A stretch of 63,641 nt of DNA, counting the filler, from Salisapilia sapeloensis CBS 127946 (taxonomy: Eukaryota; Protista; Oomycota), in NCBI GenBank assembly GCA_023334545.1. It is 9 parts of 9 records of this genome, joined end to end, with 100 filler letters (N's around TTAATTAATTAA, not from the genome) between each part and the next. Parts side by side here need not be neighbours in the genome. Positions count along the whole stretch, not along the records: positions 41,107 to 50,863 come from JAADVB010000458.1; positions 50,964 to 60,760 come from JAADVB010000456.1; 7 more parts are not named here. The stretch is one strand, 5' to 3'. Under the pieces are notes generated by a model. The model had not been told where the DNA came from and made no database searches. It was given only the letters and a program-made list of their open reading frames with translations. Shown here one piece after another: positions 46,853-57,883 of this stretch. How positions within the stretch are numbered: position 1 is the stretch's first letter; each line of letters begins with the position of its first letter. The translations under genes were made by a program, and so were the position numbers.

Positions 46853-47595
46853 GTCGAATCGGAAAATGGTTCTTGGAGATGGATGTGAAATAAGAGACTG
46901 GAGCGATCACGGGCCTAGCTCGTCGAGTAGAATCATATGCAGCCAAAGTATTCAAATCAATCTCCGAAATCAGATGCCTTGTCAATCGTTAGGTCAGCAT
47001 TTTCCTGACGTTGCATAGCATTGACACACCATGGAACATCGGAAAGACACACATGGGATGGAGCATACCAATCTTTTTCCTATCAAAGTCCACTTAACAT
47101 ATCTAGGTGACGAGTGAAAATTAGACGAAAGCGCGTCTTTCTTCACAGTTTCTCGTCAAGAGTGACCAACTGATTTCCTAGAGCTGCCCGTTCGTGTCGG
47201 TATTTGTAGTCCGACTAGTTCAGATTCCGTTTGGTTGTGGAGCGAAGTCAGCTGGGCAACAACAAGGTAGAGATTATTCCCAGTGCAAGGGCGGAAAGGA
47301 TTTCCATCTAATGACGAAGGCCTCGAATGAGATTTTCGACAGTTACTGGGTGCCATGTAGAATTGTGCTGCATGAGATCGTAAAAGTCTAGAGTACAGGT
47401 CGATAGCACGTTTCCAGATCAGGTAGGGACGGCAGTCAATGGAACGAAAACACCTGACTATCTCTGCGTCTAATCCGCACCGTAATGGGTCGGATCAGGT
47501 CCAAGATACAGCGCAAGTATATGCATGTGAACGCAAAAGACGGACTTGGAACTTAAAGACGTAAAATGGACTGCAAACATATTTCGTAGCTACGC

Positions 47596-48843
47596 TTAGT
47601 CGCTGCTAGCGATGCTGTGAGGAAAAGAGGCGGACATCGTGTTCGCGGATGCGTCCGTACTCATCTTCGCACGCACTTCATCACCCCTCAGTGCCATCGC
47701 GTCCATGCGCACGGCTTCATGCAGGCACGGAGAGCAGAAGACAATCTTCGGCTTGCTCATTTTATCATCCGGAGTGATCACGTTCATGCGCTTCTTTACT
47801 TGGCAACTGTTGCAGATGAGACGGTAGCAAAGACGGCAGGCCTTTGCCCTCGATCGCATTTTGGACTCACAAACGGCACAAGTGGTCCTGGTAGTATCAA
47901 TGTGGCGAGACTCCTTGCTACGTAGGCGCACGAGCCACGTCAGCTTTCTCATGATTCCACATTCGACATGGCGGGCCGCTGTGTTGGCGATCGCTTTAGC
48001 GTACTCGTTCACTGCGACAGGGCGAAGCATCTTGTTCGGCGTCTCAAGCATGCCTCGAGTAAAAGATTCCAAGGTACCGTCTTTCCTCTGTCGCGCCATG
48101 AAGGTCATTGCGACGTTACTCCACGAAGCTCCCTCCAGGTACGATGTCTCAGGGAAGCTGACGCTATGCAAAAGCATGTAGCCAACCTTCTCGCCGTTCC
48201 GAAGTGTTCGATAGCCCGTGTAGTGCATGTAGAGGAAGTCCATGTCTTTGATGATGTAGTTGAATATACCATCAAATTCGTTCGTTCGGTATGCGATGAC
48301 GTAGGACTCGAACGGTTCTTCTGGTGTCGAATCCTTCAGTACCTCTAGAACACACATTTTCTTACCAGAGTCATCAAGGTATGTGCTCTTCAATCGAAAG
48401 TCTTCAAGCGAAGTTGCCACTGCTCCGTTCATGAAGTCTTCCAACGTGCCATTAATGGTACCAATGGCTCGCATGTCAATTAAACCACCCGTTTCGTCTT
48501 CCAAACCAACCTTGATGTTGGACGGCTTAGTTCGGCGAAGAATGTTACCGAGCAAGACAGTATCTTCACGACGTGCATACACGTGAATGTTTTCAGTCTG
48601 ACGGATGTACTTCCATTTCGACTTATCGTTCAAGTCATCACCAGATTCGCTCAAGTAGTCTTCGTAAGCCTCGAGATGAGATTCGAGCAAACTGTCGGCG
48701 TATTCGTGTAGCTGTTCTTTGTCTTCCTCCGAAAGATTGAGAGGAGGGAACGGATTCGCGAATTGGTTCACAGAACTAGGCATGGTGCACTCGTGTGTGT
48801 AGGATGAGGAAACTGGAGAAGTGAGGATGTTATTGTTGGTCAA
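47596..48843 (-). CDS. Oomycete START-like and degenerate FYVE-like zinc finger protein (likely start Met at 48783)
   Basis: FANPFPPLNLSEEDKEQL, WKYIRQTENIHVY, IGTINGTLEDFM, DFLYMHYTG...GYMLLHSV and C-terminal CAVC...CRLC...ICNSC...FCSPC. Confidence 0.8.
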   Translation of the reverse strand: MTNNNILTSPVSSSYTHECTMPSSVNQFANPFPPLNLSEEDKEQLHEYADSLLESHLEAYEDYLSESGDDLNDKSKWKYIRQTENIHVYARREDTVLLGNILRRTKPSNIKVGLEDETGGLIDMRAIGTINGTLEDFMNGAVATSLEDFRLKSTYLDDSGKKMCVLEVLKDSTPEEPFESYVIAYRTNEFDGIFNYIIKDMDFLYMHYTGYRTLRNGEKVGYMLLHSVSFPETSYLEGASWSNVAMTFMARQRKDGTLESFTRGMLETPNKMLRPVAVNEYAKAIANTAARHVECGIMRKLTWLVRLRSKESRHIDTTRTTCAVCESKMRSRAKACRLCYRLICNSCQVKKRMNVITPDDKMSKPKIVFCSPCLHEAVRMDAMALRGDEVRAKMSTDASANTMSASFPHSIASSD

Positions 48844-50695
48844 AGGGTGTCGTCATTGCGTTCTTTTGCCAATCGGAGACATTACTGGCAAGCATAAATC
48901 CAAAAAAGCACAACGTGAAAACACACGGGAAGTATGAAGAGCACACAAACGTGTGAAAAACACTCAAGAAATGTAAATGCACATAGCGCGCGCGAGTAGT
49001 CTGTAACAGATGTGGCTGGCACGCAAGCCCCGTGGTCAGCTCAGTACCTGGGCATCTAGACCAGATCTACTGACAGCATATCAGGTCGTCGTCGTCCTAG
49101 ATGCACCAGTAGCGCCAGGACCATGTTTATTCGCTAGGCTAAGTTTCCATTGAACTGATCCCAGCGTGATCTGCTTTCTATCTTTATATTAATAACCTAA
49201 CCCTACGCGAGACAGTCCGAGCGGGAAAATCCCGATGAGTACAGAGTCTCATACTAGGATAAATCCGATCGAACACCTAGTTTCCATGGCTTTCAATCAT
49301 AAGACCAAGAGGTTTTGGATCCGACAATTGAACTACGTGCCATGGCATAAATATCTCTTGATGGTTCTGACGGGATCTGGCACCACTGTGACTAGCTGAA
49401 GCGGAAACTTGAGCTACAAGGTGGTAACGATACCTGATACTGAAAGAGTGGACTTTTCTCAGTTAGTGCTCTGCATCGGATCATACTCAAACGATGCATC
49501 AGTGCTGAAAGGTTTTCGAATAAAGTCTATCATGTTATTCGTAGATGTCTGACGTCATTTAAATTTTACAGATAGATAAGGAACTTCTACTGGTACGGCC
49601 ATTTGCACCACATAAAACTTCCGAATGCACAATTGGCGCGATGCTAATCGGGGTGTCTAACATCTACGGAATATTTTATGCAGCAATCTTGAGTACAGTT
49701 GAGATGACGAAGACGCGAACCGCAAAAGTGCAACCGAATGTGATGACTGATTTACTTTAGAGACATGAGGACACTGTACGCATTATCTTGCAACAGTTGT
49801 GTCCGACTTTTGTATTTTCATGCTAGCTTCATATAGCACAGCTTCACTTTTACACTTTTTTGAAATAAACAATGTATAATTCTGTTATTGGAACAATGAT
49901 AGCTTTGGTGATGTGGTTTATCATACTTTGCATCTAGCTTTTAAACTCACCTCCATAAGGTCCAAGCGCTGTAAAACGGGAAGACCGTGTTGTATGTCCG
50001 CTAGAATTCAGCATCAATCCTGACATTACTACATATCAGAGCAGGGCAATCCGCTTGCTGTGTATTCGTGGACCATGCCATTCTCTCTATTTGAGGCGAT
50101 ACACAAAACAAAATATGCAGGATAGCTAGGTTGTCGATTGTCGTGGCTGAACTGCTGGTTCAGATAGAACTGTGCTTCCACGTTATTCGACTGGACAAAG
50201 AGTGATCTCTCAGCTCGCGTACCATCATGCCAAGCTCTTGCTGATTGTGATTAGACTTCGAGTCGCTTGTAATATTTAGGTACACTGTATCATGAGTACT
50301 GCTTATCAGATAAACGTGGATCTAATGTATATTATCGCTTGAGGCTTCTTACTATGGTGAGATTTGTACAGTTCGTCATTGGTACAGTTGTTGAGACTTC
50401 TATCGAAAATATAGCAGATTATAGTTTGTGGAGCATTCTGGCTGGATCGGACTGGTACAACTTTTTTGTTTTGTTTTGTATTTGTAATACTTATTTTTAA
50501 GATAGTACAGTTGGAAGTATCCTACAAAGTTGTACATTTCTCTCGTGTTTCCTAGATGACATGAAGCTGTAGCGAGGCAGCCTTTGGCTTCCATACTAAT
50601 TTTGATTCTTGAATGCTATTATTCATTCGTTCGAATCTACGTAGTTTTCGCAACTTTCAGCTTTACTTTGCACAAGTACCAAAGATGGAAACCTA

Positions 50696-50863
50696 GGCCG
50701 TGTTCACGCTAAATACCGATTCGGTAAAATTAGAGATTCGCACTTTGCAACTCTATTCACGCTAATCGAATCGGGCAATTTCGCGTTCGCTGAGAATAGC
50801 CGATTTTGTTTTATCACTTACCATTGGAAACCCAACCCAACACTTCAATATAACTTTCCCGCC
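50696..50863 (+). mobile_element. Possible left end of a PIF/Harbinger-like element or MITE, truncated by the contig end
   Basis: CTA|GGCCGTGTTCACGCT resembles Harbinger-type TIR starts, and TTCACGCTAA recurs near 50756. The partner TIR is not in the window. Confidence 0.25.
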
Positions 50864-50963
50864 NNNNNNNNNNNNNNNNNNNNNNNNNNNNNNNNNNNNN
50901 NNNNNNNTTAATTAATTAANNNNNNNNNNNNNNNNNNNNNNNNNNNNNNNNNNNNNNNNNNNN
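50864..50963. other. Artificial contig-joining spacer
   Basis: N44-TTAATTAATTAA-N44. Confidence 0.97.
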
Positions 50964-50990
50964 AACAGGAATGTCAGAGCACGTGATCGT

Positions 50991-51310
50991 TTGCCTTTGA
51001 TGCAATCAGGAGGAAACGATCTTCAAGAAGACTTCAAGTCACGCCTGGTGCTCGACTGGTGCAAATTCGGAAAAGCGCGCGAAACAGTCGCTTCTTTGGT
51101 GAGCTCTTCGATTTACTTGCGCTATCGAGCTCTTCGCTATTATTTCGGAACAGGCGAAGTTCAGGGTGGACGGAATAATTGGGCGACTTTGCGACGCGCA
51201 TTGTACACCGTCCCACTGAAATGGCGAAGAGCTCACTGTTGCAAGTAAATCAACTTCAACCTGGATGACTTCCGTCGATCAACCTCGATAAGCTCGACAC
51301 GAATTCCACC
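50991..51310 (+). repeat. Decayed dispersed repeat with coding remnant (copy 2, at contig start)
   Basis: Peptide and nucleotide similarity to 9450-9783 and 41107-41190. Confidence 0.75.
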
Positions 51311-52788
51311 AAAGCATGACAGAGGGACGGGCGATATACATGAATAGAAATAGAAAGGTGAATAACGGTGAAGGAGTAGGGAGGACCGCCAAAGACTCAG
51401 GCATTGATTTCTGTTACAATTCATCTATGTTTTCACTGTGGCTACGATGCCTTGCATAATACTCAAATGTCTGCTCAAGAAACCCAGCTTATTCTATTCT
51501 TACTTACTTTTGGTTATACTGCCAAGTTGACTTTTAGACACACTGACAATTTGCTCTCAAATAGTACCCTCATTTCTTAGCCTCTATCAGTATGGCCATG
51601 ATATAGAGAATGATGAGAAAATGGACGGGAAAAATTCCGAACCCTGTCTTTAGGTGAATACGACATTGATACTTTGGTCATTAACAAGATTAGGAACGAA
51701 TTCATATGACTGAGTCTACGTATTGCTTTACGTCGCCCGATGCTTGGAGATAAGACTACTCACAAGATGCCAAATACATGTAGGTCTTTAAAGACATTAA
51801 GAGCTATGGCAAGTAGACAACCTTTTATAATACCCCAGACGAATAAAAAAGCAACGGTATGCGACAAAAACTGCCAAGTCCATCATCTTCGTGCCTAGTC
51901 AAACTGTCGTTGCTCTGGGAGCATTTGTTTACATAGCAACCTCTGCATTTCCGTCCTTAATTATCGATGAAAACGTATTCTAAAGAATGCATTTTATTGC
52001 TTCCCTTGATTCGGCCCTGTTGCGCTGAAAGATGTGCCTGTATCCGTGTATCTTGGCAAATAAAGTTTAACACACAATAAGCAGCTCTGGGTTTCATGCA
52101 GTGTTCATGGTTATGTACATCATTTATACTGCCATGCTACAAGAGTAGTCCTTGGTAAATCCTTTCCAACTGAAACTAGTACCCAAGATTTATGTCCCTT
52201 CAATATCGCGGTATGCAGGACATTCTATACACTACTCCATCGCCTACTCACTATTTTTAAATCCTCTTCTTACACCGTACCCTTCGTGTTTCCGCTGCAC
52301 AATTGCTACAAGTGTAAATTCATGCTCGAAGCCGTTCTGACGCACGTGACAACTGTATCGAATGAGATTGACATTTCTGCTGCCGTCAATCTGTCATGCA
52401 AACGGATCGCGGGGTCGAGCATCGAATTCCCTTCTACAAAATCGTCTGGAGCTGTCAGTCTGATTGATGTTTCATTGAAGTTATAATCATTTATGAGTAC
52501 ATTGTCATGTTAAGGTGCGAAATGGCCCGTATGAATACAATTACAGAGTCTTCTATGCAAAAGATAGACCCTCCAAGCTCTAAACACACTCCAATTCTAC
52601 AAACAACGGATACTATGCGCACTTAGATGAACCAGTCATGGCAAATCTCGGCCGTCGAACTTGTTCGTTTGTCCGTTTGATATGTCATTAAAGACACATG
52701 TTAACTTGATTTGAGAATGTCCGGTATATGAAAACTATATGCGCGAAAGTATAGGCGAGCATACACTCGAGAATAAGAGACGGGCAGC

Positions 52789-54924
52789 ATGGATGCTCGT
52801 GGCGGCCGATGGCGGCATGCACGACGACTCTATCTATTACTACTAGCTACCATCGTACTTTCCACAACCATGACAATGGGAATTATGACTCAAGAGGTAC
52901 GAAAGGAAGAGGAAAACGGTGATATAAGTGTCCAAGCGTCGGCACAAGGCGTCCCAATGGGTACGACGAAAGCGCCTGAAACTGTCCTTGACCACGCTAG
53001 TGAGCATGCAGCTCACGACGATGTTTCTACTCAAGATGAGTCGGTTCCAAGTGTCCATCCACCAGTTGAGAAGCCCCAAGACCATTCGAAAGCGACAGCA
53101 CCAGTCCATGTCATGGACGATCAGCATCCTGATGACGGGAGATCGAATCAAGTGGATGACCCGGAAGACGAATTGGAGCGTGTTACATTTCCATCCGTTG
53201 GATCGATGGAAGTAGAGGATAGTGATGAAAACGGTGGGCAGCGTCAGAACTATGCTTCTTTGGATGCTGGCGCAACGATCCTGGACTCTTCCTCCGAGAC
53301 CAAGAGCCCGACGAATTTACTCGTGCCGGATAAAGACAGATACATGCTGACACCGTGTGCCAACCCTCGCAAGTGGGTGGTCGTCAGTCTCTCAGAAGAC
53401 GTACATTTCCATCTATTACTCATTCTATGCATATACTCATGTACGAAGTAGGTTCATGCCGATGCGCTTGTGATCGCGAATTATGAAAAGTACTCTTCTC
53501 CTATGAAAGACATCTTGGTCCTCGGTAGTGTCAATTTCCCGACTGACACGTGGTTTGTTCTTGGTAACTTTACTGCTGCTCAGACGAATGGCGAGCAAGT
53601 CTTTCCACTTGATTCCCAACATCACGTTCGTTACTTGAAAATCCGATTTCTATCGCATTACGGCACAGAATACTATTGTACTTTGAGTCAATTAAAGGTC
53701 TACGGGCGTACATTCACGCAAGTGATATCTCAATTGGAGATGAGTATCGATGCAGAAACAGCTTTGGATTCAACGCCAGTCCCTCCTGCCATCTCCAATC
53801 AGCCACAAGAAACGAATAGTACGAAAGCCCAGACGTCATCTCAAGATAAAGTACTAGAAGTAGATACATGTGCAGCCAATCGCTCGATCAATCCTTTCTA
53901 TCAACACGCATCATCCGTCTACTTAACTCGACAGCAACAGCTTACGGAGCAAAAGGAACGCGAGCGACGGAGTGGCATCTGTCTTGCGGAAGATCAAGAC
54001 AAGTGTATCGAGCTGCAGAGTCTCCAGAGGAATAAGGCTGAAGAAGAGCCGCATGAACCTTTCGTTTCGTTCCTTCCTCATGATGAGAAGCATTCGGATG
54101 TAGGTGACTTGACAGATAAGAACGCGACGCAAATGGCTCCTGTCCCGACGGCCATGGCAGGTCTCCAAGGCCAAGGCCTCGGTCGATTAGAAAGTATATT
54201 CGTTCGTATCACCAAGAAGATTCAGACGTTGGAAGCGAACCAAAGTGTCTTTGGACGACAGTTGGAGCACTTGCAGAAAGAACAGACCAAGTCGACGCAA
54301 CGCCTGCAGGAGAAGCATGAGGCGTTGGAAGTGCAGTTGGATGAGATCCGACTGCTCTTGTCGAACTTGACGTTTCGGATGGACAAGGAACTCACTGGGA
54401 ATGACGAACTGGTCCAGCAAGTACGGAGAGAGAATATTGCCTTGTGGAGGGAGATGGTGATCGTACGAGAGGTCATGGCGACGTTACGTAGTGGTATCCT
54501 CTGTGCGATTGCATTATCAGCGATGATCATCTGTGCCTACTTGCTTCGACTCTTGATGAAGTGGCTTGCGACGAGTAAAGAGCGAGCGGATCTGCGTGAA
54601 TGGTTTTGGCGAGTGGAAAGTTTGGATTATAACACGAGTGAGAATGCTGGCGAACATAGCTTATCAAAGAGCAAGAGTAATGGAGACCTTCAGTCTGCAT
54701 GTAGTGATAGTATCAAGGACGAGGTGGAGGAGACGGAGGTGTCTGAACCGACGCCGATGGAGCTACTGGTGGACCGGAAGCTCCAGTTCGGGACGTCGTG
54801 GGATGACTCAGCGATTAGTCGCAAGACCATGTTTCGAGATTTGATGCTCCGAAGGACGTGTAGTCCGAACGCTGCTTGGGAACGTAAGCGGGAGGAAGAT
54901 CCGGCAGATCCGTCCTTTGAATAA
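52789..54924 (+). CDS. Mid-SUN domain protein (SLP1/SUCO/osteopotentia-like); intron about 53401-53451
   Basis: NYASLDAGA, LLVPDKDRYMLTPC, VVSLSEDV..D..VIANYEKYSS, RYLKIRFLSHYGTEYYCTLSQLKVYG, then a coiled coil and a TM helix. Confidence 0.9.
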
Positions 54925-55442
54925 TTATAAAGTTTATTTTTTTTCATTTGACTTGTAGCTTAGACGTTTGTTATTTATCTATTTTTACTTTTTGTTGTAG
55001 CATAAGATGTCAAGGAGAGGTAGGAGCTTGATGATCTTAGTTGCTAGAGACATTTCGAGATTTGAAGAGTGAAGAGAGTATGCTACGAAGAGCGTCGGTG
55101 CGTTCCGTCGGGAGTGATGGAGACGCCGATGTGAGCTTTGATGATGTGGATGATAGCAAACTGCTTTCATATATGGATGAACAGGAAGGTGGAGAAAGGT
55201 GATGCTCGTTCGGATAGGAATAAATGGATTGTGCTGAGTTTTGGCGATAGGACACCTGTAGCATCAAGTTCTGCAGTAGCACCAACTGCAGACTTTCGAC
55301 TCAACTTTGGATCGAGGAGGGTTTCCACCATCAGCAAGTCGCTTGAGTCAAAGGTTGGCACGGCATACTAAGTGATTATGAGCTCCAATTATTGATAGTT
55401 CCATGGTAGAGTCGTACGTCGTCTCCTACAAGACGTCCAACG

Positions 55443-56693
55443 ATGGCACAAGCGTCGTCAATCTCAAGCAGGTATTGACGAATGGCAATGTTAATGAGTT
55501 ACTTCATCTATATGTCGATTACTAATAATCAATCTAGTAGTCCGACAAAATCTTCGGCGCCTCTACGTCGACAATCCGAGGCGTGGACTCTACAGGCAGC
55601 AAATAAGGCTATGCCATCGCCACTTTTACGTAGTCCTCGACAGTCAACAACGAGTGTCGATGGGCCCGTAAATAATAAATCGTCTACTTTTACAGCAAGT
55701 ACAAAGTTACTAGAAAAGCTTCGGACGGATAATGATAAACTACGGAAGAGTGAACAATCTCTTCGGAATGCAGTCGTGAAACTTAAGGAAGAGATTGAGA
55801 GCTTGCACGAGTCCAATGATTTTTTAACGTCTCAAGTGACAGAAATAAAGCAAAGTTCAGAAACCCAGCTCTTGCTACAGACCGAAACTATGGAAGAAGA
55901 GCGACAGCAAATGGTAGATGCACACTATGATGAATGCATGAAACTAAAATTGGAACTGGTAAAGGCTCAAGATGAGTATGACGACAAAGCACTCGCTTTG
56001 CAAGAGCAAATCAACGACTTAAAAATTCAGAACAAGAAACTTGCTGATAAATTCGAAGAAGAGCAAAAGGCTAAACAGGAACTTCATGACGAATTTCAGG
56101 ATCTGATGAAGCGCTACGAGGAAGTCAAGCCGCTTAAAGAAAAACTTGAGTATGCAGGAATCAAAACGCATTCTCTCAAATCTGAGCAGCGCGTACCAGT
56201 ATTTTTCGAAAAGCTTGAACAGCTAAAAAGTACTCATGAGATCTGTCTTATGGAAAAAGAAGACCCGTGTCAATCCACCTCGCGTGCCGAGCTAAATGCA
56301 AATTGGGTGAAAGCAAAAGAAGTGTGCAAATCTATTCGAAGACAACATCAGCAATTAAAGCAAGCTATAGAAGGCGAGATAGATGATTTTTTCTCGCAAG
56401 TACAGAGTGCCCAAAAGCAGCTTCAAGATTTCCTAAATAATCCTGAGCGAATCACCGCAATGAACTCGATTGAAGCGCTGCGACTTAAAGTTGGTCATTT
56501 GCAAACACAAGTCAAGCAAGAACGCAAGTTGAGTTTTTGCTACAAGATGAAGACACAGCAAACGGCCCGTGTACTAGCGGAAAGAGAGAAGGAACTCCGT
56601 GCGTGTGTCGACGAGCAACGAATGTACATCGGAGCGACAGACACTGGTCGGCGAGAGATAATTGCAAAGTGGAGAGCGAGGACCAAACAGTAA
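55443..56693 (+). CDS. Coiled-coil protein of unknown function (probable short first exon 55443-55471, intron 55472-55537)
   Basis: A 400-aa heptad-rich ORF. A GT-AG intron joins ATG 55443 in frame. Confidence 0.7.
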
Positions 56694-57883
56694 AACCAAA
56701 GTAGTTCAAATTAGAGATTGGATGCATTTTGATTCTAATATATTATTTTGTGTTCATATAAGTGACTTGCTTCTTTCTACAATGGAGTATACTAAGGCCT
56801 GGAGGTTGATTTGCATCACTCAGATCTTGTCCTTCATGATTGTACTACGATTCTGATCACAAACCCCATGCAAGGTGTATACGAATTATAAAAATTTGCG
56901 TAGTTTCCATGGACCAGGTACTTCTGATCGTAGTCCTATAAACTTTTGATGTGTTGTACAAATGCTGGCTTACCACTTGACTGATCGTATCTTTGCATGC
57001 AAGTCGTGTGTTTACGCGGAGTCAGATGCTAGAAGGCTACTTGAACAACTAAGATTGCTTGATAGAGATTTATGCACCATGTGCATTGGCGTCTATCCAT
57101 TGTATCTTTGTGAAAGCGCAGTACAGTCTATCCAACATATCTGTACTATCCTGGTCTGCGCCTTATGTACTATCTCGGATGTTGGGGAAGAACTCCACAG
57201 CTGAAGCTGCGTCAATGTCCCACGCGAAAGATATCTGCTGGAAATAATGAAGCATGCTCCACTCAGCAATGGCTGCTTGACTGTCTCTGGATCAGATCTA
57301 AAGGCCGTGATCGTTGAGAGTGCTCGCAACCGTCTGAAAAATAGATCAGAAGGAAGCATTAAGTGGTCAATGAAACAATCGTAGGCATCATAAATGAGAA
57401 GACTTCATTAAGCATCCTCACCCATAACTTCGTCGTAGGATACAAATAGGTTCATACTAGCAACGGGCAGTACCGCCAAGTTACATCGTGTATTTGTGAC
57501 ATCGACTTTTGTACAATTTAATGGCATTCACATGTGCATGGGCCATGCGCTCAAGTCGCAACCAAATACAAATCAACTCTATCTAGAAATGCTTCGTATT
57601 TGTTATACTTCTGCAAGCTGTACTATTCTCATGAGCACCATTTCTACTATGGAAGGTGTTCATATGTCTCCACTTCTTCCGAATAGGCTATTTAGTCGTT
57701 TGAAAGTGAATAAACAAAGAAGATATACTCTATCCAATACTACTTATACTATCGGCACGATGCTCCTGAACATGACCATGTATCCGCGCCAACGTATTCA
57801 GACTACTCTTCAACTTGAACCGACCAAACACCCCCACAAGATCGCACAAACCCCCTTGGAATACACGCCAGCCTCAAAACGCC

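Noticed and set aside
49048-49109. Hairpin (CTGG-GCATCTAG ... CTAGATGC-A-CCAG) as a structured ncRNA
   Set aside because: Short stem with no recognisable family motif; compatible with chance.
54985-55371. Small minus-strand gene between the SUN and coiled-coil genes
   Set aside because: Ser-rich short frames with no homology and no convincing exon chain.
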